In this document: positions 20,094 through 31,511 of the stretch, in pieces
Numbering within the stretch: the first letter of the stretch is position 1
Layout of the letters: every line of letters starts with the position of its first letter
DNA from: an uncultured Planctomycetaceae bacterium
GTDB lineage: Bacteria > Planctomycetota > Planctomycetia > Isosphaerales > Isosphaeraceae
DNA: 64,000 nucleotides
Reading direction: 5' to 3'
Assembly: GCA_963833985.1 (NCBI GenBank)
Contig: CAWIAD010000001.1
Location: 864,001 to 928,000 of the forward strand
The notes under the pieces: model-generated
What the model saw: only the letters and a program-made list of their open reading frames with translations
Told to the model about the DNA's origin: nothing
The model's database searches: none
Position numbers and translations under genes: made by a program

Positions 20094-21746
20094 ATGCTGC
20101 TCAAGAATGCGACGAGCCCGGACCTGAAACTGGTCCCTTTACCGGCCGAGATGAGGCCCGGATCGGGCGGCCCGGTCTTCCGCCTGCGCGGCTCGGAACA
20201 TATCCTCGGACGTGTGACGCGGGCGGTCCGGACGTTCCTGGACATGGGCCGAAGCGGCATGCCCGGTTCCACGGCGCGGGGTGTCGCCCCCGACTTCGCA
20301 GCCTCAGCGCAGGGGTTCCCGGCCGTCTTCCGCGAACAGGATTCGGGACTCATCCGCCTGGTCTATCGCGAGGTCGTGATCCGCTTCGTGGCGGGGACCT
20401 CCGATTCCAAGCGAAAGGCGATCCTGGCCGATCGCGGCCTGGCCGTACGGAGGCAGAACCGGCTGATCCCTGACCAGATCATCGCCTACGACACCACCCG
20501 GAACCAGACGGGCGGCAGCATGGTGGAGCTGGCCAACGCCCTCCAAGGCTACGAGGAGGTGGTCTTCGCCACCCCGAACTTCATCTCCGAGTACCGGCGC
20601 TCTGCCCTGCCCGGCATCATCGCGGCACAGTGGCACCTGAAGAACCTGGCCCGCCGGCCGGGCCAGCACAAGGGAGAGGACATCCAGGCGGCCCTGGCGT
20701 GGAAGACGACGCTGGGACGCAAGGACGTGGTTGTGGCGGTGCTGGACGACGGCGTGGACGTGGACCACCCGAACCTGAAGCCGAACATCTGCTGGAACCC
20801 GGACCCCGGCGACAAGCGCGATCGCTGCGGGCGCGATTTCTATATTCCCGACGACGACGATCCCGACCATTTCAACCCCCGGCCGAAGAACTTCCAGTAT
20901 CCCTACAACCAGATGGCTGGCAACGACATCCACGGCACCGCCTGTGCGGGGCTGATCGCGGCCGCCGGCGTGGGGTCGAACGCGGCCATTGGAGCGGCCG
21001 CGCGCTGCCGCATTCTGCCGGTGAAGATCTTTCACGCCGAGAGCTTCGCCACCGACACCCGGGTCGCCGACGCCATCCGCTACGCTGCGCTCCACGCCGA
21101 CGTGATCTCGTGCTCGTGGACCGGCCCGGTGAGCGACGACATCGCCATGGCGATCAGGGACGCCAGCGTGCTGAACCGCAAGGGCAGGGGCTCCATTGTT
21201 ATCTGTGCGGCCGGCAATGACGGCGGCGGCGCGGTGAGGTTTCCAGCATCGCTCCCGGAGGCCGTCGCCGTGGGCGCCTCCACAGACCAGGGCGAACGGG
21301 CAGCTTATTCCAGTATCGGGCCGGAGCTGACCGTCGTGGCTCCCTCCAGCGGCGGGGTGGAGAGCATCTACACCACCGACGTCTCTTACAAATACCGGGG
21401 CTTCAATCGAGGGACTGCCGAGGACGGCGGCAAGAACGGGCTGCACACGTGCAAGTTCGGCGGTACGTCGGCGGCGACGGCCATCGCCGCGGGCGTTGCG
21501 GCGCTGGTGCGGTCCGCGGCCCCGAACCTGAGCGACACCGAGGTGCGGCAGATCCTCTGCGAGACCGCCGACAAGATCGGCGACGGCTACGACCCGAAGA
21601 CCGGCCAGAGCCCGCAATTCGGCCACGGGCGGGTCAATGCCGCGAAGGCCGTGGCCGCGGCCATGACCATGGCGGCGGGCCTTGCGGAACGTTCAGCCGC
21701 TTCCGCACCGTCCCCTCGGCCCCTCGGACGAAAACCAGGGCGCTGA
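20094..21746 (+). CDS. S8 family serine peptidase (subtilase)
   Basis: Catalytic triad motifs VAVLDDGVD, HGTACAG, FGGTSAA; oxyanion motif AAGND. Confidence 0.93.
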   Translation: MLLKNATSPDLKLVPLPAEMRPGSGGPVFRLRGSEHILGRVTRAVRTFLDMGRSGMPGSTARGVAPDFAASAQGFPAVFREQDSGLIRLVYREVVIRFVAGTSDSKRKAILADRGLAVRRQNRLIPDQIIAYDTTRNQTGGSMVELANALQGYEEVVFATPNFISEYRRSALPGIIAAQWHLKNLARRPGQHKGEDIQAALAWKTTLGRKDVVVAVLDDGVDVDHPNLKPNICWNPDPGDKRDRCGRDFYIPDDDDPDHFNPRPKNFQYPYNQMAGNDIHGTACAGLIAAAGVGSNAAIGAAARCRILPVKIFHAESFATDTRVADAIRYAALHADVISCSWTGPVSDDIAMAIRDASVLNRKGRGSIVICAAGNDGGGAVRFPASLPEAVAVGASTDQGERAAYSSIGPELTVVAPSSGGVESIYTTDVSYKYRGFNRGTAEDGGKNGLHTCKFGGTSAATAIAAGVAALVRSAAPNLSDTEVRQILCETADKIGDGYDPKTGQSPQFGHGRVNAAKAVAAAMTMAAGLAERSAASAPSPRPLGRKPGR

Positions 21747-21777
21747 GATCCGCCTCGGTCTACTGCCCACTCCCCGG

Positions 21778-23095
21778 CTAGACCAGGCCGGTGAGCACTC
21801 CTTCACCGCAGAACTCCGAGTTGCCAAAGCGCTTGAGGTCATGGCCGAAACCGTGGGCCAGCGACAGCAGCAGGCGGTTGTGCGGGGCCTTCTTGAACTT
21901 GAGCGACCGGCCCATGGTGAAATCGAGGCCATTGCCCACGAGCACGAAGGGGATGTTGTCCAGCGTGTGCGAGTTACCCTTGCCCAGCTCATTGGTCCAG
22001 AGGATGAGCGTGTTGTCCAGCAGGCTCCCCGGCCCGCCCGGCTCGGGGGTCTCGGCCAGCCGCTTTGCCAGGTAAGCCATCTGCTCGCAGAACCACTTGT
22101 TGATCTTCGTGAGCTTTTCGACCGATTCTTTCTTGGAATCGGGGTCGTGCGAGAGCTCGTGGTGCCCTTCGTTGACGCCGATCCAGTGCATCCGCGCCGC
22201 CCACGGAATTGGTGTACTGGAGCGTGGCGATGCGTGAGAAGTCGGCCGCGAAGCTCTGCACCATCAGTTCGATCTGCATCTTGCTGATGCGCGGGATGTT
22301 GTCGTTCTCTTCCTTCACGCCTGGCTCGATCTCGGGAACGGCGTGGCCGATCGGGTCCTTGCCGTCGTCCTTGAGTTCCTGCTCCATCTCGCGCACGAAC
22401 GTGGCGTGCTCTTCCAGAAGCTGCCGGTCCTCGGTACTCACGGCGGAGCGCAGCTTGCCTAAGTCGGCGTCGATGTCGTCGAGGACGCTCCGGAGGCTCT
22501 CGCGATCCTTCACGCGGCCGTAGAGCTTGGAGAACATCTGGTAAGGGTTGTCGATCGGTGCGATGGGCTTGTTCGGGCCGGCGTAGACCATGCGGGTCCA
22601 GGTATCGGCACGGTCCGGCACCATGACGCCGAACTCGAGCGAGCCGAAGCGGGTCCGCGTGCGCGGGTCTTGCTGGAGGAAGTTCTTGATCTCCTGGTCG
22701 ATCGAGTGCCCGCTTGACCACCCGGCCGGGGTGTCCGAGCCGCCCTGGATATTGCCGGGAAACAGCTCGATTCCCGTCAGCAAGCAGCCGATCCCGCGCA
22801 TGTGGTTGTCGCCATCGCCGCGTACTCTGTCGCACACGCCATGCAGGAACAGGGTGCGGTCGCGAAACGGTTCGAGCGGCTTGACGCTCTCCTTGAGTGT
22901 AAAGTTCTTGCCTTCCTCGTCGGGCCAGAACGCCGAGGGAATGACGCCGTTCGGGCTGAAGAGGACCACCAGCCTTTGCTTCCGCTTCTGCTGGTTGGCG
23001 AAGCCCAGGCTGGGCAGGTTGAGCAGGAACGGCAAGGCGCCCGCGCTAATGCCCAGGTCGCGGAGGAACTCGCGCCGGTTGGTTGTCTGAGCCAC
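21778..23095 (-). CDS. DUF1552 domain protein (frameshift ~22195)
   Basis: GGAGG RBS plus GTG 23095; Tat-like [40 protein letters not shown]. Confidence 0.85.
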
Positions 23096-23139
23096 GTATC
23101 TGCCTCCGGTATAGCGCCGGTGAGGGTCCAAGGAACACG

Positions 23140-25555
23140 AACGATCAGGGTAAGAAAACCGATCCTGGCAGTTCACCGTATCCCGAGGCGGCGACGGGGG
23201 TCGGCTTCGCCCGGCCCCCTCGGAAGCCGCCTGCCTGGGGACGAGAGCCGAACCGGCGATGATATCGACCATCAGCTTGCGAACGTTGAAGTCCTGATGC
23301 TCGAACTCCGCCCGCAGCGCATCGAGCTGCTTTGGCCCGAACGCCCGGATCGGCTGCTTGACCAGATAATGGAAGAGTTGCTGGACGAACGCCGCGTGCG
23401 TCTCCTCGCTGCCAGCCAGGTAGGAGGCCAGGCTGCGTGCGCCGGTGAAAGACACGGTCTCGCCGGTGCGCGTCTGGTAGGTCCCCGTGGCGTCGATGGG
23501 CTTACCCTTCTCGTCCTTGCGGAACCGGCCGACGGCGTCGAAATTCTCGAGGGTGTAGCCGAGCGAGTTGATCATGGCGTGGCACATCTGGCACGACTTG
23601 GGGCTGGTCTGGAGCGCCACCCGCTCGCGGGTGGTCAGTCCGGCGTGCAGATCGGGGGCCAGCGGAGCCACGGCCGCCGGCGGCGCGGGGAGCGTGCGGC
23701 CCAGGACCCCGCGCGACAGGAACACCCCCCGGTGGATCGGCGAGCTGGTGCTCGTGTACGCGAAGGCCGCCATCAGGTAGGGATGCGTGAGCAGCCCGGC
23801 GCGATCCTGTCCCTCCAGCTTGACTTTCTGGAACGACGCTCCGGCGGGAAGCCTGGCACCGTAAAGCTGCGCCAGGCGGCCGTTCAGGTAGAGCTCGTCG
23901 GAAAGCAAGAGCCGGCGGAAATCGGACGATTCGCCCCAGACGGCGTCTTCCAGAAACAGGTCCAGCGAGGTCCGCAGGTCCGAGGCCACGGCCGGACTGA
24001 ACTGCGGGAAGGCCTTGGGATCCTTGGAGACCTCGGCCGCCCGATCGACCCTCAGCCACTGGAGCAGGAACTCGCGCAGCTTGCCGCGCATGCGCAGGTC
24101 GCCGACCATCCGCTCGGCCTGCGCGGCAATCTGATCACGCGTCGACAGCTTGCCTGCGGCCGCGGCCTCCAGCAGTGCCTGGTCGGGCAGCGAATCCCAG
24201 AGTCCGTAGGAAATTCGGCAGGCGACGTCGTAGGCGTCCAGCCCGCCCCTGAGCTCATGATAGAGGAACCGCGGCGACATGAGCACCAGCAGCATGGTCC
24301 GCCGGACCGCGGCGTCAGGGTTCTTCGCGGCCTTGAACGGACGGTCCAGATAAGCCGCCTTCTGCTCGTCGGTGAGCGGCCGGCGGAAGGCCCGTTCGGC
24401 GAACTTGCCGCAGAACTCGCGCAGTTTTGCCGTGCGGTCCGAGGCACCGTCATTCACGCCGGAGAGCTCGCCCAGGTTGGCTGCGACGTAGTCTGCCACT
24501 TCGAGCGCGGCATCCGTGGCCGCCTGGTCCCAGGCCTTCGAGACCGACGTTCCGCGCTCGTAGCCGACACTGCGGTCATCGGGCGGGAAGGCCGTCTGGA
24601 GCACCAGCACCTGCGGGCTCCGGGAAGGCGACAGGAAGCGCTGGGGGATGACGTCCACGGCCTGGCCGGGCGGCTTCCAGAGCAGAGCGATCAAGGCGGG
24701 GGTGGGGGGCGGGTCCGGGTCTTTCTTGCCGTCCTTCTCCCCCTGCTTACCCTTGGAGAAGTCCAGCTTGATCGGGTAGACGCGTCCACCCAGCAGGCGC
24801 ATCGTCTCGCGGAACTCGGTGTCCTTGCCCGACTTTACCCAGCGGTCGATGAGCGGCTTCTTGAGGTCGTTCACCCAGAGCCGTGCCGAGTGGTCGGTGC
24901 GGACGACGAATTCGTAATCGCCGGTCTCGGGTGCCAGGATCGAGCCTTCCCAGCGGGTGGCAAAGCGATGCCCGATCCCCTTGCTCGCATCCGGCAGGTT
25001 CACCCCGAAATCGAACTCGATGGTCGGGTCGACGCGGTCGATGATCTTGTCGTTGTTGTTCCGGAATCGCTGAGACTTCGAATACTGGCCATGCAGTCCC
25101 TTCGGCCCGTCCCAGGCGGTCGGCCCGCGGAAGCTGCCGATCAGGTCGGCGATCGTGTGGTGATATTGCCGCACCGTGAGCCGCGACAGCTCGATCCGTG
25201 CGGGCCGGTTCCGCGCCTGGGCCACCCTGGAGTAGAAGGCGTCGTAGATGTAGGCCGCAACCTTCTGGGCATCCGGGCCGGTACAGCTTCCCGGGTCGTC
25301 GTCAGGCATCGACTTTTCAATATACTTGATAAGCTGGGCCAGCCCCCGGTCACCCTCCAGCGGGTGGCCGTACTCCTTGCTCCCCTCGCCGTTCTTGCCG
25401 TGGCACGACAGGCACTGCTGCTGGTAGATCTGCTCGCCCGTTGGATCCTCGGCGGCCGCCTGTGCCGGCAGGGCGAGCCAGACGTAGAGAGCCAGGGTCC
25501 CGCTGAGAGAGGCGCAGAGGATGCTCTTGCGGGGGCGGGGTTGTTTCATCGTCAT
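23140..25555 (-). CDS. DUF1592/DUF1588-family protein with cytochrome c and PA14 domains (3' end uncertain)
   Basis: CLSCH heme motif; RLTVRQY; PA14-like segment; [27 protein letters not shown]. No stop in frame before DUF1552. Confidence 0.85.
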
Positions 25556-25731
25556 GGCGCAACCAACCCAGATAGAGAAGTCTATGCCGGAATCCTTCAG
25601 GTGGGAGCATGGTCCCGGTCAAGCGGCGTGTGTCTGGCAGATGGATCCTGCGGGTGATGTTCAACCTTTCTTTTACACCATTCTCAGTTCGGCGGCAAGT
25701 GTCTACCTGAGGCAGTTTTCATGCCAGGGTT

Positions 25732-28700
25732 TCACGGTGCGAACGGGTCGGCCCGGAAGATCGGATCGTAGAGGATAACCGCCTCGGCCTCTAGCTTCAG
25801 GACCATATCCCGGATGTACCGCCCGCTGAGATTCACCTCGCCGAGGAGTGTTGCCAGTCGACGGGCTTCCTCCCGGTGTCCCAGGCGATAATGGGCCAGG
25901 GCCAGTGGGGCCCACTCCTTCTCGAACGCGGAGCGGGGCCTGTCGCGGAGCTTCAAGGCCTCGTCAAGGCGCTGGATCGCGTCGGCGTAGCGTCCTTCGC
26001 GGTAGAGCAGAAGTCCGTGGCTCAAGAGACCGTCTGCCTTGCTGGTCTCGGTGGGCAGGCTTATCGTCCGCTCGATCATCTGCCGGATCACAGCGAGAGA
26101 GATCCCCGGGTCGCTCACCTGGAGAGCAGCCTGAGCGATCTCGTTCACCCATTCCGGGTGTGGCGTATCACCGAATCGCTCGAAGAGCAGGACCAGTGCC
26201 GTCTTTGCCTCATCCCGGTGCCCGGCCGCGTGCAGAGCCGCGACCAAGTCGCAAAGACCGATCGGCGTCAGCCGCTCGAGGCGATCGGCCTCGCGGAGGT
26301 CCGTCGCGGCCCGCATCCAGGATCTGCTGCCAAACCAGTAAGCCGCACGCCGCTCCAGCAAGGCCGGCGCGGCGGATGGCTGGAGGGCGAGCACCCGGCG
26401 AAACAGGTTCTCGCGACTGAAGATCTTCGGTTGAATCTCGACGGCCTCCCGCGAGTTGGTGTCCAGGCCCAGGGAGTAGGCGGTGACGAAATCGGTTTCG
26501 GCCTTTTCAGTCTGTCCCCGAGCGTCCAGGAATTGACCGCGCTGGGCGCGGATCTGCGCATTGTCGGGCCAGGTGGAGACAGCCTCATCATAGGCGGCCT
26601 CGGCCTCGGCCCAGCGTCCGCGATCGGCCCAGGCCCTGGCTCGCGCGGTCGGGACGGCGCTGGCGAGAATCGAGTCGAAGCGCCATCGCGGAGGTGCCGC
26701 GGGTGGTCCGCCCAGGCTGGCCAGCCGCTCGCGCCGCGCATTCCTGGCAGCCTCGTCGAGGGGAGCGATATCGCCCCGCTCGTTGACATCGAGGCCGGTG
26801 ATCGCCTGGATCCAGACAGCGGCCCGCTCCAGGTCGTCGGGCAGGTCGGGAACCTCCATGAGACGGGCCATCTGTGCGGCTCCGGATGCCAGGAGCATCG
26901 TGCCGTCCGGAGAGAATTCGACCCTGGTGCCAAGTTCCTGGGACTCGGCGCCGGGTCCGATCGGCCGGCCGGTCGCCAGGTTCCACATCCGTGCCTTGTT
27001 GAGGCCGTTGGTGGCGACCATCCGGCCGCCGGGGTGGAAAGCCGAGCCTACGCCCATCCCCGTTTGCAGCGGAGGTCCCAAGGGCCGGCCACTGGCTACG
27101 TCCCAGAGTCGCACCTCACTCTCTCGCGTTCCGTCCTGGAAAGATGCGGTCAGGAGACTCCGGCCGTCCGGGCTGAATTCGAGGGTGATAGTTCTTCCTG
27201 ATAACCGCATGGCCGTGCCCAGCGGCTGACGTGTCGCCAGGTTCCAGACCTGGGCACTGCCGCTTTGATAGCCGCGATCGAACGTTATGGTGGCGAGTAC
27301 CTTGCCATCGGGGCTGAAGGCCGCGCGACCGGCTCCGCCACGGATGGCCAGGTCTGGGACCAGCCGCTTTCCGGTCGCGACCTCCCAGAGTTGTGCGTCC
27401 CCGTCATTGCCGCCATTCGCGGGCGTGCCCAGAAAGAGTAGCCGCGAATCGGGGCTGAAGAGCTCAGTAAGGAAGGAAACTCCATAACCCGCTCGGACAG
27501 TACACCCGGCGCCGATCTGCTTTCCGGTCGCCAGGTCCCAGAGCCTTCCGAAAAGCTGAGTTTTCCCAGGTCCCAAGGATAAGGGACTTAATATCGCGAA
27601 CAGGATCCGGCCGTCGGGACTGAACGCCAGCCTTGTGGAGCCCGAGGTATCCGCGGGAAGCCGCAGGTCGGTCGACCGGCCAGTCCGAAGATCCAGGAAA
27701 CGGATAGACCGATCACCATCATCAATGGAAGCGACCAGACCGTCACCAGATCGGACAGCCGCGTCATAGCCGACCGAGCCCCCAACAAAAAGTGGTGGCC
27801 CCATGGAATGTCCAGTCGCTGCATCCAGCAGCCGCGCCGCGCCGTTACCCGAAGTCAAGACAGATCGTCCGTCGCGAAGAAATACACCTCCTGTCCCGCC
27901 GATGGGCAAGCTGGCCGCATGGGCGGCCGTTGCGTCCCAGAGAGAGGCGGTACCGTCGCCGCTCGCTGTCAGGGCCGTCGCGCCATCGCCGATAAACCGC
28001 GCCAGCAAGACGGCCCCGCGATGCACGAAGGCAGGTCCGAGCGGACGCCCGGTGGCCACATCCCAGATGCGGGCGAGCTTGTCGTGGCCGGCCGTGATGA
28101 GCCTCTGGCCGTCGCGTCGGAAGGCCATGCTCGAGATGCCCCCGCGATGCACGAGCGCGGCTCCGAGCGGCCGGCCGGTGGCCGCTTCCCAGAGCTGCAC
28201 TTCACCAGTCTGCGACCACCTCGAGCCGGTGGAAGTCGCCAGCGTCTTCCCATCGGGACTGAACACGGCGTCGCCAACGCCTTGAGGCTGGATGAGGACA
28301 GGACCGATCTGGCGCCCTGTCGAGGCGTCGAACTGCCGTGCCTCGCCGGATTCTCCGGCCCCTCGCAGCAAGGTCCGTCCGCAGCAGATGACCACGCTCT
28401 TGCCGTCGGGACTGAACCGCGCGGCATTGACCTGTTCCATGTGCGTCAGTGGGGCGCCGAGGGGCTGCTTCGTCGCCACGTCCCAGAGCCGCGACTCGTC
28501 ATTGCCGCAGACGATCAAGATCCTACCGTCAGGGCTGAACTCCATGATCCGTATGTAAGACTTGTGTGCAAGCGGCGGGCCAAGAGGTTTGCCGCTGTAG
28601 GGGTCCCACAGCCGCGCAACGTTGCCCTGTGACACTGCTGCGGTCTTACCATCGGGCGCGAGTGCCAGCGAGCCGACAGTCCTCTGAAGCTCGATGGGTT

Positions 28701-30735
28701 GGCCGATGACGCGGCCAGTCGCGACATCAAGATAGGCGACCTCGCTTTTTCCGGCGGCCTGCCTCGTGTACAGGATCGCGCCGGCATCAAGTCGAATCGC
28801 GTGCAGGGGGATCGACCCAAAGTTTGACCATTCCCGGAGAGACAGGGGAGCCCCCAGGGGCTGGCCGGTCGCGACGTCCCAGCGCTGGACCGTTCCGCCC
28901 TCGGAGGAGAAGTTAGCCCTCTCGACCGAGATCAATGTTCTGCCATCTTCGCTGAGCTCAACCGACCGACTTATGCTGTTGGTGGACGTCTGGAAGACGA
29001 AGGAAGGAGCGATGAACTCGCGCTCCCAGGCGGCGAGGTTTCGCCGCGCGGTCTCTTGCCAGTCGCGATCGCCCGCGGCCACGGCCGACCGCCAGCATTC
29101 GATCAACCGGAGCAGCCCGATCCCGGTTTCCCCCTTCTCGAGCGCGACCTGCGCCTGCTCGAAATGGAGCGCGGTCATCCGCCGGTCCGATTCATGGAGC
29201 GAGCTCTTCAACTGCCCGGTCAACGCGGTCGAGCGGTCGAGCGAGCTCCTGAGATCGGCCGCCATGGCGGTCATCTGCTGGCGCGCCATGGATTGCTCGG
29301 AAGCGTAAACCAGCGAGACCACCGCTACCGCGACCAGCAACGCCGCGGCCGTCCCCAGGGCGCCGGCCAGCCACGGATTGCGCCTGCACCAGCGCCAGGC
29401 CTGCTCGGCGGTGGACACCCGCCGCGCCAGGATGGGCCGGCCCTCCAGAAAGCGGTTCAGGTCCTCCACCACCTCCTGTGCCGTCGCGTACCGCTGTGCC
29501 GGCTCGCGGGCCATCGATTTGTGGATGATCGTCTCCAGGTCCGGCGGCACATGGCGGTTCAGCTTCCGGAGCCGGGGCGGATCCTCCTGCGTCACTCGAT
29601 GGATCAGCTTCGCCCGGTCGGCCTCGTCGAAGGCGGGGCGCAACGCGAGCAGCTCGTAGAGCGTCAACCCCAGCGCGTATAGATCGGCCCGCGCATCGCC
29701 CGCGCCCTGGAACCGCTCCGGCGCCATGTACCGCACCGTGCCCACGATGTCGCCGGTGTGCGTCAGGTCGTCGGAGCCGATCGACTTGGCCAGGCCGAAG
29801 TCCGCCACCCAGACGTTGCCGTCGCGGTCCAGCAGCAGGTTTGACGGCTTGATGTCGCGGTGCAAGATACCCTGGCCGTGCGCATGGGCCAGGGCCTCGG
29901 CCACCTGCGCGCCGATCCGTGCCACGCTCCGGGCGAACCTGCGGTCCGATTCGGTGAAGGTCGAGACGCCGGAAAACGATGACTGACCCGTCTCGGATGC
30001 CGCCGGCAGGCCCGGCTGCGGATCGGTTGCCGTCCACGGCAACGTGGCCGTTCCCGTGACCGGGCCGCCATTGTCCGGACCCGCCGCGAAGCGGCCCGTC
30101 GCAAGCGACAGCGCGATATCGGCGGCCGGACGCTGGCGATCCGTCCGCATCGCCGTGGGCGGCTGGCCCGCCGGCGCGGTCCGCGCATCGCGCAATCGCC
30201 GCAGCTCATTGAGCACCGCATCCAGCCCCTGGCCCTGGATGAACTGCATGACGTAAAAATGGGTTCCGTCATGTTCACCCACGCCGAAGACCGGCACGAT
30301 GTTGGTGTGGTGCAGCCGCGCCGCCGACCGTGCCTCGCGCTCGAAGCGTCGCAGCTGCTTGCTGTCGGTGATCACGCCCCGGGGCAGCACCTTCAGCGCG
30401 ACCCGCCGGCCGAGCGATTCTTGCTCCGCCTCGTAAACCACCCCCATGCCGCCCCGGCCAACCTCACGGAGCAGCCGGAACTCACCGAGCCGCCCCGTCG
30501 TCACTCCGCCGATCGCGCCCCCGCCGGTGAGCACCGAACCGGTCCGCTCGACCGAATCGCCTCCCAGGTCCTCCATCATCAAGAGCGCGGGGAAGAGGGC
30601 CCGGATCTCATCGGCCAGATCGGGATGCTGCTCGGCGTAATCCTCCGGCGTGGCAGCCTCGCCCCGCCGCTTGCGCTCGAGGAATTCCTCGGCCAGTGCC
30701 TCGACCGGGTTACGATTGCCGCTGGTTGTCGACAT
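25732..30735 (-). CDS. Hanks-type Ser/Thr protein kinase with WD40 repeats and C-terminal TPRs
   Basis: GRGGMGVVY, VALK, HRDIKPSN, DFG, GTVRYMAPE; one TM helix; many FSPDG...LWD repeats; likely start ATG 30735. Confidence 0.95.
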   Translation of the reverse strand: MSTTSGNRNPVEALAEEFLERKRRGEAATPEDYAEQHPDLADEIRALFPALLMMEDLGGDSVERTGSVLTGGGAIGGVTTGRLGEFRLLREVGRGGMGVVYEAEQESLGRRVALKVLPRGVITDSKQLRRFEREARSAARLHHTNIVPVFGVGEHDGTHFYVMQFIQGQGLDAVLNELRRLRDARTAPAGQPPTAMRTDRQRPAADIALSLATGRFAAGPDNGGPVTGTATLPWTATDPQPGLPAASETGQSSFSGVSTFTESDRRFARSVARIGAQVAEALAHAHGQGILHRDIKPSNLLLDRDGNVWVADFGLAKSIGSDDLTHTGDIVGTVRYMAPERFQGAGDARADLYALGLTLYELLALRPAFDEADRAKLIHRVTQEDPPRLRKLNRHVPPDLETIIHKSMAREPAQRYATAQEVVEDLNRFLEGRPILARRVSTAEQAWRWCRRNPWLAGALGTAAALLVAVAVVSLVYASEQSMARQQMTAMAADLRSSLDRSTALTGQLKSSLHESDRRMTALHFEQAQVALEKGETGIGLLRLIECWRSAVAAGDRDWQETARRNLAAWEREFIAPSFVFQTSTNSISRSVELSEDGRTLISVERANFSSEGGTVQRWDVATGQPLGAPLSLREWSNFGSIPLHAIRLDAGAILYTRQAAGKSEVAYLDVATGRVIGQPIELQRTVGSLALAPDGKTAAVSQGNVARLWDPYSGKPLGPPLAHKSYIRIMEFSPDGRILIVCGNDESRLWDVATKQPLGAPLTHMEQVNAARFSPDGKSVVICCGRTLLRGAGESGEARQFDASTGRQIGPVLIQPQGVGDAVFSPDGKTLATSTGSRWSQTGEVQLWEAATGRPLGAALVHRGGISSMAFRRDGQRLITAGHDKLARIWDVATGRPLGPAFVHRGAVLLARFIGDGATALTASGDGTASLWDATAAHAASLPIGGTGGVFLRDGRSVLTSGNGAARLLDAATGHSMGPPLFVGGSVGYDAAVRSGDGLVASIDDGDRSIRFLDLRTGRSTDLRLPADTSGSTRLAFSPDGRILFAILSPLSLGPGKTQLFGRLWDLATGKQIGAGCTVRAGYGVSFLTELFSPDSRLLFLGTPANGGNDGDAQLWEVATGKRLVPDLAIRGGAGRAAFSPDGKVLATITFDRGYQSGSAQVWNLATRQPLGTAMRLSGRTITLEFSPDGRSLLTASFQDGTRESEVRLWDVASGRPLGPPLQTGMGVGSAFHPGGRMVATNGLNKARMWNLATGRPIGPGAESQELGTRVEFSPDGTMLLASGAAQMARLMEVPDLPDDLERAAVWIQAITGLDVNERGDIAPLDEAARNARRERLASLGGPPAAPPRWRFDSILASAVPTARARAWADRGRWAEAEAAYDEAVSTWPDNAQIRAQRGQFLDARGQTEKAETDFVTAYSLGLDTNSREAVEIQPKIFSRENLFRRVLALQPSAAPALLERRAAYWFGSRSWMRAATDLREADRLERLTPIGLCDLVAALHAAGHRDEAKTALVLLFERFGDTPHPEWVNEIAQAALQVSDPGISLAVIRQMIERTISLPTETSKADGLLSHGLLLYREGRYADAIQRLDEALKLRDRPRSAFEKEWAPLALAHYRLGHREEARRLATLLGEVNLSGRYIRDMVLKLEAEAVILYDPIFRADPFAP

Positions 30736-30793
30736 GGCGGGCGTCTCGACGGTGACACTTCGCGGAACGGGAAAGCGACGTCGCTCAACTTGG

Positions 30794-31393
30794 CTACGAC
30801 TTGCGATTGAATCCGGGCAGCGAGGCAATGATGAGACTGATGCGCTTCAGGGCGCGGATATACGCTTCGCTGGTGACCGACCGGGAAAGGTGCAGAACGG
30901 TGGCCGTCTCGTCATTCGAAAGCCGCTCGCAATGCCGCAGCGTCAGGACCTCGCGGTCGACAGGATCCATGGCATTGAGAGCCTCCTGGAGCAAGAGCTT
31001 CTGCTCGGCCCGGGCGGCAGCCTGGTCGTCCTTGCCCTCACCCTGACCCAGCAAGTGGGCGGCCAGCGAGATCGACGTGGCTTCCGGCAAAGCGCCCCGG
31101 TAAAGCGAGATATCGCCCCGGGCATCGGGTCCCAGCCGCTCCTGATGGAGCCGGGCCAGCACTTCCCCGGTGAGCACGCGGAGCCACAGGAACAGGTCGG
31201 ACCCGCTTCCCGCGAGCTCTCCCTTTCGCTCGATCGCGAGTTGCCGGACCATCTGGAGGACGCTCGCGGAATCCACAATTCCCGACAGTCTACGGTCGAG
31301 CCTTAGCCGTACCGTCCGCCTCAGTCGCTCCACGGATCGCTGGAACAGCGCGTCGAGGTCGATCTGGTTGGGATTTTCCACGGCACTGGACAT
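30794..31393 (-). CDS. ECF sigma-70 factor, planctomycete kinase-associated type
   Basis: RLRRTVRLRLDRRL; region 4 LNAMDPVDREVLTLRHCERLSNDETA; directly upstream of the kinase. Confidence 0.88.
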   Translation of the reverse strand: MSSAVENPNQIDLDALFQRSVERLRRTVRLRLDRRLSGIVDSASVLQMVRQLAIERKGELAGSGSDLFLWLRVLTGEVLARLHQERLGPDARGDISLYRGALPEATSISLAAHLLGQGEGKDDQAAARAEQKLLLQEALNAMDPVDREVLTLRHCERLSNDETATVLHLSRSVTSEAYIRALKRISLIIASLPGFNRKS

Positions 31394-31511
31394 GGCTCGC
31401 GTCCCTCGGTCGACCTGGTGGCATGACAGTAGTATATCCGCGCTTGCGTGATACCGGGAGAACAATCGGAGCACGGTGCGCGATCCTGGTATCTTTTCGC
31501 TGGATCGCCCA

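Noticed and set aside
22802..25657. Long plus-strand ORF (951 aa) and similar antisense ORFs (10080..11660, 50827..52422, 56026..57807, 17588..19006)
   Set aside because: Shadow ORFs opposite well-supported genes, expected in GC-rich DNA.
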